Below, piece after piece: positions 9,249 through 18,303 of a stretch of DNA of 64,000 nt (position 1 is the first letter of the stretch; each line of letters opens with the position of its first letter). The position numbers and the translations under genes are program-made. The notes under the pieces are model-generated. The model did no database searches and had not been told where the DNA came from. It worked only from the letters and a program-made list of their open reading frames with translations. This DNA comes from a virus: the IMG/VR virus record IMGVR_UViG_3300021420_000018, positions 59,708 to 123,707 of that record. One strand, given 5' to 3'.

Positions 9249-9914
9249 TTAAGCGACAGCATGTGCCTCCGTTGGCGCGACGAGCAAGCCATAGTAATCC
9301 ACTCGGCGAAGTTTGATCTGGTAGCCTTTGGCTATCTTCGCCGTTGGACAGTGCTGAAGCAGTTGTGCGCGATCGCCGTATTCCATAAGTTCCACTTTTC
9401 CTGGAACGTCCCACTCTTCAGGGATGCCCATCACGGTCTTGGCCAGCTTTGATATCGGCATCCTGCCGGCGCCGTAGGTCACGCGGCCTCTGGTCAGGAA
9501 CACTGCGGTTGGCACCCGGATCCGAAATAGCACAGCTTGCCAGATGGCAAATGGGTCGCCAAAGCAGTCGATGTCGATCACGTTGTAGCGGCTTAACCCG
9601 CCATCTTCATCGAGTGCCGCGATCAGCCGCGGCGTTATCTTGAATCGGATCTGCCCGGGCTGCCTGGCTACCGAATCGATTGGTGTGTAGCTCTCCACGT
9701 TCAAGGGCGGCGGCGCGTTCTTCAGCTTGGATTGACGCCGGAGCTCGGTCCAGATTTTCCCTTCACCGGCGTAGAGATCGAGCACTCGTAGCGGCTCAAG
9801 TCCACCCTCTCGGATCACCTTGCGCCGGATGGCTGTCTTGTCATCCAGGCTCTGGTTGTCGGTCTTGAGTTTTAGTTTTGGCGATGGGAGCAGCGTCATG
9901 TTCTTCTCCTTCAC
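9249..9914 (-). CDS. SAM-dependent methyltransferase-like protein (Trm1/TcmP-like motifs)
   Basis: RVLDLYAGEG (motif I) and YNVIDIDCFGDPF; close to DUF5131. Confidence 0.65.
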   Translation of the reverse strand: MKEKNMTLLPSPKLKLKTDNQSLDDKTAIRRKVIREGGLEPLRVLDLYAGEGKIWTELRRQSKLKNAPPPLNVESYTPIDSVARQPGQIRFKITPRLIAALDEDGGLSRYNVIDIDCFGDPFAIWQAVLFRIRVPTAVFLTRGRVTYGAGRMPISKLAKTVMGIPEEWDVPGKVELMEYGDRAQLLQHCPTAKIAKGYQIKLRRVDYYGLLVAPTEAHAVA

Positions 9915-10285
9915 GCGGCCTTGCTTGGCTTTTGTAGTCCGAGTTCCTTGAGCATCTTGATGCGCGCAAGGTATCTCAGAATCTTCGGGCCGGGAGACAT
10001 CGCGCCTTTGAGCACTTTATTGACGTAGGAAGAACTGCAGCCAATCTCCTTGGCGAAGTCGTCTTGATCGCGAGTGCCCTGGCGTTCCAGGAGCACCTTG
10101 ACGATCTTGGGCCATTTACTCTTGGGCACGGCGTTTTTGACACGATTGGATTTTCCTACTGCCATGCGAGACCACTCCGACCTTTGTTTGGGGCCGTACT
10201 TTTTGGCGCGAGCCCGGCCCCCTTTGGCACCTACTTCCTTGAAGAACTCCTTCATGATTTCTGATTTACTTTTTTCGGCTGACAC
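9911..10285 (-). CDS. Xre-type HTH regulator with N-terminal KGG motif
   Basis: VGAKGGRARA; QDDFAKEIGCSSSYVNKVLKG..SPGPKIL. Confidence 0.75.
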   Translation of the reverse strand: MSAEKSKSEIMKEFFKEVGAKGGRARAKKYGPKQRSEWSRMAVGKSNRVKNAVPKSKWPKIVKVLLERQGTRDQDDFAKEIGCSSSYVNKVLKGAMSPGPKILRYLARIKMLKELGLQKPSKAA

Positions 10286-10327
10286 GTTTTAGCTCCTTCA
10301 GCACATTATATACCGTAGCCGCTAACG

Positions 10328-11206
10328 TTACTTGCTATTTTTCAGTTCGGCTGCGATCTTGCGTCTGATTGTTTTCCACGCCTTTTGTGCGCGGTGCTGA
10401 CCGATCGTTCTCACGCCGCCGCATGGCTGACAAATCGACCGGAATGGTAACTCGCACATGGGGTCCGGATGCTTCCACGGCTGCTTGCACGTCGGACAGG
10501 AGTGGGTATGGTTTTCGACGATCTTGATATCCTCGGACGGCAGATCATCGCGGTCGGTGCCGATCATAAGTTCCACTTCCATCTTGTTGAGGGCGTCGCG
10601 CACGTTATAGCTCGACGCCTTGGCGATAGCTTCAAAGTCCAACGGATAACGGCCACCTTCTTTCTTGTAAATCCTGCGCAGATAATCCTCGATCTCGCCT
10701 TCGAGAGTGTCCTTGTCGAACACCAGGACGCGACATCGCGAAAGGAACCGGCCCTCGAATGCGGTGATGGAGTTACACGTGAAGAACCACACCGTCTTTG
10801 GAAGCATGGCTGTCGAATCCAGCTTCGATAGCAGCGAGTGTTGAGCGGCCAAAGTAATCTGATCCGCTTCGTCGCAGATCACGACGTGGTACGGCGCCGG
10901 CAGCCCTGTTGTGAAGTTGAAAGCCGCGAAGTGGCACATGTAGGCGACCTTCTCCACGGCCTCCAGGTCGCAGCTTTTCGATGGAATCGAATGCACTTCG
11001 GCTTTCAGTTCTTCGGCAATGGCCATAGCCATCGTTGTTTTGCCGCACCCACTCGGGCCCACAAACAGCCACGCGGACTCGAATGGCCGTTTGATGAAGG
11101 CTTCGAGAATCTTCCGCGGCTTATTCAAGCCGACGAACGAAGCCAAGCTGCGGGGGCGGTACTTCTCCGTTAGAGACTGCGGAAATGCGATTTTGGATTG
11201 GCTCAC
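10328..11206 (-). CDS. Clamp-loader-clade AAA+ ATPase (RFC/DnaX/RarA-like) with C-terminal Cys cluster
   Basis: LTEKYRPRSL..FVG; GPSGCGKTT; ICDEAD; SRC motif. Confidence 0.85.
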   Translation of the reverse strand: MSQSKIAFPQSLTEKYRPRSLASFVGLNKPRKILEAFIKRPFESAWLFVGPSGCGKTTMAMAIAEELKAEVHSIPSKSCDLEAVEKVAYMCHFAAFNFTTGLPAPYHVVICDEADQITLAAQHSLLSKLDSTAMLPKTVWFFTCNSITAFEGRFLSRCRVLVFDKDTLEGEIEDYLRRIYKKEGGRYPLDFEAIAKASSYNVRDALNKMEVELMIGTDRDDLPSEDIKIVENHTHSCPTCKQPWKHPDPMCELPFRSICQPCGGVRTIGQHRAQKAWKTIRRKIAAELKNSK

Positions 11207-11465
11207 TGGCGATTGATTCTCCCTTTCTTGAAGTTGAAGTCATACTCCTGTTCAAAATGCTGCTTAGGCTCACCTGGGGATCGCCGAGTGCCCATAACAC
11301 TAGCTTGACGATCGAATCTACACCTACCTTGCGGTAGATATTGGTGCGGTGAGTTTCCACTGTTTTTTCTGAGATATTCAGATGAGCGGCTATCTCTTTG
11401 TTGACCTTGGCCTCACATAACAGCTTGATGATTTCCATTTCGCGGGTACTAAGGTCTAGCGTCAT
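11121..11465 (-). CDS. Solo LuxR-type HTH regulator
   Basis: LSTREMEIIKLL..NKEIAAHLNISEKTVETHRTNIYRK. Confidence 0.85.
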   Translation of the reverse strand: MTLDLSTREMEIIKLLCEAKVNKEIAAHLNISEKTVETHRTNIYRKVGVDSIVKLVLWALGDPQVSLSSILNRSMTSTSRKGESIASEPIQNRISAVSNGEVPPPQLGFVRRLE

Positions 11466-11471
11466 TTTGTA

Positions 11472-11687
11472 TTACTCCAGGTGAATGAGACGCCTTGGTC
11501 GCACTTCCAGTTCCGCGACTCTTCGGCGCAGTGCTTCGATCTCTTCGTTAGCCAGCGCTTTTTCGTGCATCTTGACGCGGCGTTCCCAGTTCTTTAGCGA
11601 CGTATTGAGACGGCGAATGCGCTTGAGCGTGGCCTTGACCATCTCTTGGGCCTCGGCCAGCTTGCGCTTACGTTTCTCGGTGTCCAC
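11472..11687 (-). CDS. Small coiled-coil protein ending ...RPRRLIHLE
   Basis: Heptad pattern; shared C-terminal tag. Confidence 0.7.
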   Translation of the reverse strand: MDTEKRKRKLAEAQEMVKATLKRIRRLNTSLKNWERRVKMHEKALANEEIEALRRRVAELEVRPRRLIHLE

Positions 11688-11691
11688 GGCT

Positions 11692-12789
11692 TTAGACGGA
11701 AACGCCTTGCTTCAACCCCGCCATGACTTTGGCGATGGAATCAGCTTCGGATTGGTCGTCGCGAAGGGCCACGATGCGAGGCTGATACAAGCGGGAGCCG
11801 GTGAAGTTCAGAAACACGACTTCAACCAGGCTGCCAACTTGGATCCCTTTATCCTTGCCGATCATGCTGGCTCTGCCGACTTCGCGCAGCTTGCCGTCAT
11901 CGAGCACGGCGAGCGTTGCTGAGTCGTGGCCCTTGTCGCCAATCCGAATAACTTCACACGTGCAAGACTTTAGAAACTTCAGCTTGAAATCCTGAGTGCT
12001 CACGCCGGCATGGTAGGGCATGTTAGTATTCTTGAATGCCGCGCCTTCTGCTCGTTCCTCTTTCAGGCATTTGAGCGCTTCCCTTTTCGCGACAACCGTT
12101 TTCCATGTCGGAATCACGATGAAGTGCGAACGAGCCTTGCGCTTCGGCAGTAGCTCCAATAGCTCAAGCCGCTGCGAGTAAGGCGCTCCGGAGACTTCCT
12201 TGCCGTTCGCCATGAAGATATCGAAGGCGATGTAGTCGTCGCCAACAATCTCGCCATCGAGGAAAAACGATTGCAGCTTGAGCAGGGCGAGATCCGCGGC
12301 CAGCGCCTGGCTGACAGGCACAGGGTTGCCGAGTTTGTTGTAGCCGGTGTAGACGCCGTTTGCGTATCGCAGTTGTCGGCGCTGGCCATCGATCTTTGGT
12401 TGCATGTAATAGCCCAAGGACTTCACATACGTCCCGGCATCTTCTTCGTTGATCTCGGCCAACTTCGAAACCGGAAACGGCGTCCTGTTGGTCATGGGAG
12501 CAACCGGCAGCGGCGAAGATGGTGCCTCTGCCACTGTGCCGTTCTTAACCAGCGAGTACCCATCTTTCAACTTTCCGGCAAGGATGCTGTTGTATTTCTG
12601 TTCCGCTTCCTCAAGTGGAAGAGGCGTAACTGTTCTAGTGCCGGGATGCAGCGTGTCGCCGATGCGGCCATTCTCGTAGTTGACGACGTAGCCGCCGTCT
12701 TTCTTTTCGAGAAAGAGCCGATATTCTTTGTGGGAACTTCCGCCTAAAGCCAGATCCGAATACTGCAAACGCACGCTCTTTATGCTCAT
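11692..12789 (-). CDS. ATP-dependent DNA ligase with N-terminal WGR-like domain
   Basis: Motifs QPKIDGQR, LDGEI, AFDI, EGAAFK, FKLKF; OB-fold QPR..LRDD; N-terminal SHKEY...YENGRIG. Confidence 0.85.
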   Translation of the reverse strand: MSIKSVRLQYSDLALGGSSHKEYRLFLEKKDGGYVVNYENGRIGDTLHPGTRTVTPLPLEEAEQKYNSILAGKLKDGYSLVKNGTVAEAPSSPLPVAPMTNRTPFPVSKLAEINEEDAGTYVKSLGYYMQPKIDGQRRQLRYANGVYTGYNKLGNPVPVSQALAADLALLKLQSFFLDGEIVGDDYIAFDIFMANGKEVSGAPYSQRLELLELLPKRKARSHFIVIPTWKTVVAKREALKCLKEERAEGAAFKNTNMPYHAGVSTQDFKLKFLKSCTCEVIRIGDKGHDSATLAVLDDGKLREVGRASMIGKDKGIQVGSLVEVVFLNFTGSRLYQPRIVALRDDQSEADSIAKVMAGLKQGVSV

Positions 12790-12804
12790 CTTGATTCTCC
12801 CTTT

Positions 12805-12829
12805 GTCCGGTTCTCGGTCCGGGCTACCG
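12805..12829 (-). promoter_or_regulatory. Leader pseudoknot copy 1 (ligase)
   Basis: CGGT-A-GCCCGG-ACCG-AGAA-CCGGAC, then AAAGGGAGAATC. Confidence 0.6.
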
Positions 12830-13129
12830 TCGATCGATGTTGAACCAGGTCTCGCCCAACTGCTCTTTCTGATCCTTGGTCAGCATTTCGTTGAGTGCCT
12901 CGAACAGCTTGGCCTCGGGAATAGTTTTGGCGGCATCTTTCATAAGACCCGCCAGCTCGTTAGGGTTGAACTGCACCATCTCCAGTTTCTGTTTGTCGGT
13001 GAGTATCCGATTGAGAGTCTCAAAAAGTTTCTCTTCCCTCAGATACTCGGCGGCCGTCATGAATAACTCGGCCGTTTCATCTTCGGTCAGACGTCCCAGG
13101 TCGATTGATTGGGTCCCAAGTCTCAGCAT
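12824..13129 (-). CDS. Hypothetical protein with internal duplication
   Basis: EEKLFETLNRILTDKQK / EAKLFEALNEMLTKDQK; AAGGAG RBS. Confidence 0.75.
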   Translation of the reverse strand: MLRLGTQSIDLGRLTEDETAELFMTAAEYLREEKLFETLNRILTDKQKLEMVQFNPNELAGLMKDAAKTIPEAKLFEALNEMLTKDQKEQLGETWFNIDRR

Positions 13130-13197
13130 TTTCTTTCTCCTTCGGTCGAAGTGACTGCATAGATCGCGGAAGCCGTGATACCAGCAGTAGCTCTCGC

Positions 13198-13401
13198 TCA
13201 GATTCGGACTCCTTCACTGCGCGCCCACCTGTACAATCCCTCATCGTTCAGAATCCACTGGCGACGTTCCTCATCGTTTGAAACCCTGGCGCCGTCAGGT
13301 ATCGTGCCCTTACCGCCGTTGCCATCGTATCGGTAGATTGCGCCGAGGATGGCTTGATCCAGTTCTTTGCGGTGCTGTCGGATGAACTCGCGTATGGTCA
13401 T
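13198..13401 (-). CDS. Hypothetical phage protein
   Basis: MTIREFIRQHRKELD...ERRQWILNDEGLYRWAR; ATGA overlap. Confidence 0.7.
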   Translation of the reverse strand: MTIREFIRQHRKELDQAILGAIYRYDGNGGKGTIPDGARVSNDEERRQWILNDEGLYRWARSEGVRI

Positions 13402-13886
13402 TTGACTGGAACAAGAACGCCGGCCGCATAGAACGGTTCTTTGACGAACGTACTCCGCTCCATGTCGTAATACATCGGCACCGGAACCAAGAGCTCCGGC
13501 ATCGTGGCTATCTTTTCGATATCGAGTACGTCCGAGTGCCTTCCACGAAACGCTTTTGTCCACTCCACGTCATGTTGGTAGCGTTCGTTAAGGTAGGCGA
13601 CGAAGGCCGCGTACTCGTCGGGCATCCAGTGGTACGGGTATTCGTGTGTGTGCCCATTGATTCCGTGGACTGCGGAGCCATCGCGCCACCGGACGACGCA
13701 GCCATTCTGGCGAGCCAGGATGTCGGCCGCGAATCCGTCAGCAGTGCCGTTATAAATCTTGGCCATGTATTCAAGCGTGGAGGGCGAGCCGCGATAGGTT
13801 TCGATTCGGCGAAGGCAGGTATCGCCGAAAACTGCATACTCTACTTCGTCCAAATAACTACACTTCCACTTGAACTGGATTGCCAT
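13398..13886 (-). CDS. Hypothetical protein
   Basis: Extended RBS motif at 13892-13903. Confidence 0.75.
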   Translation of the reverse strand: MAIQFKWKCSYLDEVEYAVFGDTCLRRIETYRGSPSTLEYMAKIYNGTADGFAADILARQNGCVVRWRDGSAVHGINGHTHEYPYHWMPDEYAAFVAYLNERYQHDVEWTKAFRGRHSDVLDIEKIATMPELLVPVPMYYDMERSTFVKEPFYAAGVLVPVK

Positions 13887-13903
13887 TTTTTGATTCTCCC
13901 TTT

Positions 13904-13928
13904 GCGCTCTTCCCGGTGAGCACTACCG
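13904..13928 (-). promoter_or_regulatory. Leader pseudoknot copy 2
   Basis: CGGT-A-GTGCTC-ACCG-GGAA-GAGCGC, then AAAGGGAGAATC. Confidence 0.65.
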
Positions 13929-14237
13929 TGTTCTGAAAGCGTCTATCTCCGGATCGCCGTATCGGACGCGAAAAGCTTTCACCGCGGCGTTGAGAAGTTT
14001 CCATGAAGTTTGGGCAATGATGGTTTTACCGTCTGCGGTTTGGATAGCCACGCAAACCGCTGCATTGCCGCTCGTCATGCCGTGCGGCAACACGCCGATG
14101 CGTCCTATCATGGCCATGTCAGGTGATGCGTTGTCTTTCAAATCAGACCACGGATCGGTGTCAAGATTCATGGTTACTTGTAGCGGCGTCATTCCCGGCA
14201 CCAGACGCGGCGTGCGATTGTCGCCTTGCTCTGTCAT
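13923..14237 (-). CDS. Hypothetical protein
   Basis: GGAGG RBS; LPHGMTSG..V...DG..IIAQTS. Confidence 0.7.
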   Translation of the reverse strand: MTEQGDNRTPRLVPGMTPLQVTMNLDTDPWSDLKDNASPDMAMIGRIGVLPHGMTSGNAAVCVAIQTADGKTIIAQTSWKLLNAAVKAFRVRYGDPEIDAFRTR

Positions 14238-15300
14238 TTTTGTTTGCCTCCAGTTCTCGAACGAAGTCGTCGTAGTTTAATAGGTGCGCGCCGATATGGC
14301 CGACGCGCAGTTTGGGCCTGTAGACATCGGCGGTCAAGCCGCGCTGATGAGACCCGATCCAAATGGTGCGCATGTCGCCCTTCTCGTCACGGCTGAAACG
14401 ATCCGAACGCAGATGGCGAAAGTGGGCCCGCACGTCGAATCTGACAGAGACGTGCCGGCCGGTCGGTGCGCTCCGCTGTAGATAACGGTACCGCGGTGCG
14501 TGGATGGACGTGATGTAGTAGGGACGGTCGGATTTCGGCAGACTCTTCAGTTCCGCGCCGTACTTCTGCCGATGCTCCGGTCTGATTTTTACAAACGTCA
14601 CGTTCTCGCTCATCAAGAAATGGCACAGGTTCACCGACGCGTGGTAGAGCCGCTTGGTCTGCGCAATCTCTTTATCCGCCCACCCAGGAGGCTCGTTCTC
14701 TTGCCGATAACCGCTGCCGAACTGAGTCTTCGGCCAGTCTTTGGTGTCCATGACGATTGTGAACGTGTAACCTTCTTTTGTGAACCAATCCGCCGACAAG
14801 GTATAAGGAGCCGAGACCGTTGCTTCACGTGAAGCACTGGCAGCCAGTAGCCGGCTACTCTGATCGCGCAGAAGCACGCCGCGATAGTCGGAACCGCCCG
14901 GGACCGGTTCTGCAAAGGCGAGGCCGGTCCTCAATGATTCCTTGTCCACGACGTTCAGCACGTGGTCGTAGTCGTAATGGAGACGGCCATCGAACTCGAT
15001 GAACGTCAGTGGATGCGGCACGCGAGGAAATGCCGTTTCATCCAGCTCCAGGTCGCGCAGTTCACTCACCTGATCGACTTCCAGGAAGTAGTGCACCGCT
15101 CGCGGCAGATCATTCTGAATGCACCAGGTGTGAACTACTTCCGGTTTCAGCTTGTCCGCTAGAGTCTTCAGATCAATCTGCCGGTATAGGCTCGCCACGT
15201 GGTGCTTGAAGTGCTGTTGGATGAAATCAAAGAACATATAACCTGCGTTGCGCTTCCCGATTGTAAATGCGTTGGCACGATTTGCACCGTCGCCAGCCAC
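14161..15300 (-). CDS. Hypothetical phage protein
   Basis: 379-aa ORF; C-terminal VRAHFR...WIGSHQRG motif. Confidence 0.7.
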   Translation of the reverse strand: MAGDGANRANAFTIGKRNAGYMFFDFIQQHFKHHVASLYRQIDLKTLADKLKPEVVHTWCIQNDLPRAVHYFLEVDQVSELRDLELDETAFPRVPHPLTFIEFDGRLHYDYDHVLNVVDKESLRTGLAFAEPVPGGSDYRGVLLRDQSSRLLAASASREATVSAPYTLSADWFTKEGYTFTIVMDTKDWPKTQFGSGYRQENEPPGWADKEIAQTKRLYHASVNLCHFLMSENVTFVKIRPEHRQKYGAELKSLPKSDRPYYITSIHAPRYRYLQRSAPTGRHVSVRFDVRAHFRHLRSDRFSRDEKGDMRTIWIGSHQRGLTADVYRPKLRVGHIGAHLLNYDDFVRELEANKNDRARRQSHAASGAGNDAATSNHES

Positions 15301-15393
15301 GCGAATCGATGCGCGTATTTCGTTTGTTGTAGCTGTGGCCTCGTGGACAGCGGCTCTTGAGTGCGTTCCTCTGGCTGAGCACTGGACGGTGAT

Positions 15394-15867
15394 TCACGAT
15401 GCCCTCATCACCGCACGCAGTTTCTCCGGCGCTTTCTGCGTGAGACCTTTATAGTTCAGGTGAACCACGAGATGGTAGTAGAGACTCTGGCTGGCGTGAG
15501 CCTGATAGACGGCCGCTAGCCCTTGGTTGGCAACGCCTGGTGGTTCAGGACCGCAATCGAAAAAGGCACAGCCGAACGGTGCAACGTCATGGATGTCACA
15601 CCGTTCGTCTTTTGTTAAGTGGATGCAGGAGCCATCCGGTTTCGTGGCAGGAACTAGAGTGGGAATGCGAAACGACTTGCCACGCTTCATGACCAGGGCG
15701 CCGGGAGAGGCCAGCAGGTTCTCTTCGGCCCAACGGAAAGGATCCGCGCCGGCTGGAATCATTCGCTCCAGGTCGGCAGGAATCAGATAGCCGGGCATCA
15801 CTTTGCAGTTGAGCCGGCACATCTTGCAGCTACAGTTGGTACGTGGGGCACCGAACTCTGTTCTCAT
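15394..15867 (-). CDS. Cys-cluster (YkgJ-like) protein
   Basis: CSCKMCRLNC...CIHL..ERCDIH..APFGC. Confidence 0.7.
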   Translation of the reverse strand: MRTEFGAPRTNCSCKMCRLNCKVMPGYLIPADLERMIPAGADPFRWAEENLLASPGALVMKRGKSFRIPTLVPATKPDGSCIHLTKDERCDIHDVAPFGCAFFDCGPEPPGVANQGLAAVYQAHASQSLYYHLVVHLNYKGLTQKAPEKLRAVMRAS

Positions 15868-16127
15868 CGTGGGACCGCCTTTCTATCCGCTCGTTTGAAA
15901 GCCAGGAAGGAAACATCTTCCGGACTCAATCCGACACCTTGGAAGTTGTTGTTGCCGTTGAGCACAGCGAGTCGCTCGATCTCAACGGCATGACGATAGC
16001 CAGGAGCCTCGCGTTCTTCCTCGGCGCACGTTATACAAATCGTGTCCGTGTTGAACTTCGACATCGTGGATGGAATGTGCGCGAGGCTAGCCGCACAGCG
16101 AACGCAGAACCGCGGCCACGCTCTCAT
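15864..16127 (-). CDS. Small Zn-finger protein
   Basis: CVRC...MSKFNTDTICITC; ATGA overlaps. Confidence 0.7.
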   Translation of the reverse strand: MRAWPRFCVRCAASLAHIPSTMSKFNTDTICITCAEEEREAPGYRHAVEIERLAVLNGNNNFQGVGLSPEDVSFLAFKRADRKAVPR

Positions 16128-16381
16128 GGCTTCTCCCCGTGGTAGTGCTCTGGCTTTCGATGGCTGGCAATCAGCTTCTCCAGCGCATTCCGGTACTGCG
16201 GATACCGTCTGAGCCAAAGCTCTACGCAGCGTTGTGAGCCAAGGACGACCGCAACGTCTCCGACTGGTTTGTGGCAACACGTCCAGCCGAATACGAGTAT
16301 GCCGTCGCCGCGGTCCTGGCCATAGATCGCTTGCTGGCCTTCTTCGATGGTGCCGCCGCAAGGTTCGCAGATCATGCGCAT
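16124..16381 (-). CDS. Hypothetical protein
   Basis: GGAGGTG RBS; coupled ORF. Confidence 0.65.
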   Translation of the reverse strand: MRMICEPCGGTIEEGQQAIYGQDRGDGILVFGWTCCHKPVGDVAVVLGSQRCVELWLRRYPQYRNALEKLIASHRKPEHYHGEKP

Positions 16382-16803
16382 TCACCTCCGCACATCAGCA
16401 GTTGGTGACGGCAGTTCGGGCATTCGGCCCAATCACAACCGTCATGGTGGTACTGCCCCGGCAGCACGTTGCAGTCGTGGCAGCGCACATTCTCCCTCGG
16501 ACTGAACCGCGTCTCGGCCGTGTCGAATCGTTTTTCTTGGCCGTAAGGAATCGGATCCAGGAAGAAACTAATCTGGCCGCGAGGCGGGAGAATGATCCCG
16601 CCCGCAGACTCGGTCTTGTGCTCGACCCATTCCACGTAGCCCAGGCGTGTATCACCATTGGCTACGTCATATTGCCAATCCTCAAGTGGGTAAGTATTGG
16701 GGCTGGCGATATTCTTGGTGTCGTCTTTGTGGAACTCGACGGGCACCTTGATGCACCCGTCTGCCGTGAGCATGTCTTGGTTGCAGGCTGGACAGATGGA
16801 CAT
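16372..16803 (-). CDS. Cys/His-rich Zn-binding protein
   Basis: CPAC...CHDC..GQYHH.GCD.AECPNC..QLLMC. Confidence 0.75.
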   Translation of the reverse strand: MSICPACNQDMLTADGCIKVPVEFHKDDTKNIASPNTYPLEDWQYDVANGDTRLGYVEWVEHKTESAGGIILPPRGQISFFLDPIPYGQEKRFDTAETRFSPRENVRCHDCNVLPGQYHHDGCDWAECPNCRHQLLMCGGECA

Positions 16804-17648
16804 TAGGCCGCTTTGCCTTTCTTGGCCTTCGCCTGCTTCGCCGGCGCCGCGGGAGTGTCCAGCTTGATCGTGCGGCGCGGCTTCGGCGTGGCCAAGGAAG
16901 CAGACAGCGCTGCCATGAGATCTTGCACCGGTTGTGCTGTTACCGCGCTGACCGGCGTGGGTGCCGCGATGGACTTGTCGATCTTGGAAGCGATCAACGT
17001 GTTGAGCCGTTGGTAGTAGCCATCTTCGAAAGTTTCGGGATTGAACTCAGAGTCCAGGCTCTCCGCAAGCTGCCTCGCCAGCTTCAACTCCGATGCTGTG
17101 AGCGAGACCGCCTGCAGATCATCGAACTCTGCGACCTTGGCTATCTCAGTCTGATACCACAGGTAGTGAAGAATGAGACCGTTGCCTTGGGGCCGCAAGA
17201 GGATCATGTTCTCGCGGCCTGACTTGGTAAGCTGCGCGATTGCCACGCGGCCGGTGTCGGTCAGTGTCTTGACGAGTAGGCCGTAGGCTTTCATGCCGAC
17301 ATCTTCCGGCAACAGATAAAACGATTCGGCGAGATAGAGCGAATCGACGTCCGACCACTTCACGCATTCGGTGATCTCCAGCACTTTGCCGCTCGCCGGC
17401 GTGATGCCTTCGATCTCTTCGTCGGTGATCTCGACGATTCGGCCATCGGTTTGGTAGCCCCTGAAGATTTCGGATGCTTCCAACATCTTGGAACAGGCAG
17501 GGCAGTATTTCGGAGATTTTACTGCGCCTTTGCACTCCGTGTGGAACGTGTGCAGCTCGACCCGCTTATCCCGGGCTGCGACATTGAGATAGACGGGGAT
17601 ATTCAGTAGCCCAAACGAAAGATGTCCCTTCCAGACTTTGTGAGCCAT
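16803..17648 (-). CDS. ku: Ku DNA end-binding protein
   Basis: VWKGHLSFGLLNIPVYL; YC..C; I.RGY; FYLLP..G.KAY.LL; F.PE.FED.Y. Confidence 0.95.
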   Translation of the reverse strand: MAHKVWKGHLSFGLLNIPVYLNVAARDKRVELHTFHTECKGAVKSPKYCPACSKMLEASEIFRGYQTDGRIVEITDEEIEGITPASGKVLEITECVKWSDVDSLYLAESFYLLPEDVGMKAYGLLVKTLTDTGRVAIAQLTKSGRENMILLRPQGNGLILHYLWYQTEIAKVAEFDDLQAVSLTASELKLARQLAESLDSEFNPETFEDGYYQRLNTLIASKIDKSIAAPTPVSAVTAQPVQDLMAALSASLATPKPRRTIKLDTPAAPAKQAKAKKGKAA

Positions 17649-17672
17649 TTCGATTCTCCCTTTTATTATTTT

Positions 17673-17700
17673 GGGCGCATTCTCGGCTGCGCCCTTGCCG
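17673..17700 (-). promoter_or_regulatory. Leader pseudoknot copy 3 (Ku)
   Basis: CGGC-AA-GGGCGCA-GCCG-AGAA-TGCGCCC, short A-rich linker, then AAAGGGAGAATC. Confidence 0.65.
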
Positions 17701-17732
17701 CACCTGGACAGTGGGTTCCAGACCTGATGTGG

Positions 17733-18089
17733 TTATGGATTAAGTCTGCGATACTCCGTGTTCAACTTGTCGAAAAGCTGCCGAAGTTCAAATGGGATAC
17801 GAGCGACTCCCGGACTGATGGTGCCATTGATGATCTCCTTGCGAAAGACCAGCTCGAACTGCTCTGCTACCTTCGCCAAGAGATCGACTTTGTGAATGTC
17901 CAAACACATTTCGGCCGGAGGATAATACTCGACTTGGTTCCGCATTCCGTAAAGCAAACCGCCCTCTTCAGACTGCCGGCGACACAGAGGATCGTAATGC
18001 GCCCGCGCCGCTTCGAAAAGGGCGTCTACTTCTTCCGCGTCGAACTCAACCCTGGCCTCCGGCAGGTAGATCAGCTTTTGCAGCTTCAT
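17733..18089 (-). CDS. Hypothetical protein
   Basis: Extended RBS motif directly before ATG 18089. Confidence 0.75.
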   Translation of the reverse strand: MKLQKLIYLPEARVEFDAEEVDALFEAARAHYDPLCRRQSEEGGLLYGMRNQVEYYPPAEMCLDIHKVDLLAKVAEQFELVFRKEIINGTISPGVARIPFELRQLFDKLNTEYRRLNP

Positions 18090-18258
18090 GATTCTCCCTT
18101 TCTTGCTTCTGCTTAACCTTAACCGCATGCTTGCTGGCTTTGCGTTTCCACTTCTCCTCTCTAGAGATCGCCTCAGCGCTTATGTGCGAGCCAGCATCTA
18201 GTTCTTCTTTCGGAACCACGCGCCAACGGCGTTGCTGATTAGGCGGTACTCTTTTCAT
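18046..18258 (-). CDS. Small basic hypothetical protein
   Basis: First ORF after the consensus promoter. Confidence 0.45.
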   Translation of the reverse strand: MKRVPPNQQRRWRVVPKEELDAGSHISAEAISREEKWKRKASKHAVKVKQKQERENHEAAKADLPAGGQG

Positions 18259-18274
18259 GGTTGCACTCTCTCTT

Positions 18275-18303
18275 ATTATAGGTTAGCTACTACGTTATGT
18301 CAA
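18275..18303 (-). promoter_or_regulatory. Consensus sigma70 promoter
   Basis: TTGACA-TAACGTAGTAGCTAACC(17)-TATAAT. Confidence 0.85.

Noticed and set aside
10305-10335. Promoter upstream of the Xre gene
   Set aside because: TATAAT is present but there is no credible -35 at 16-18 nt, so it is not listed as a feature.
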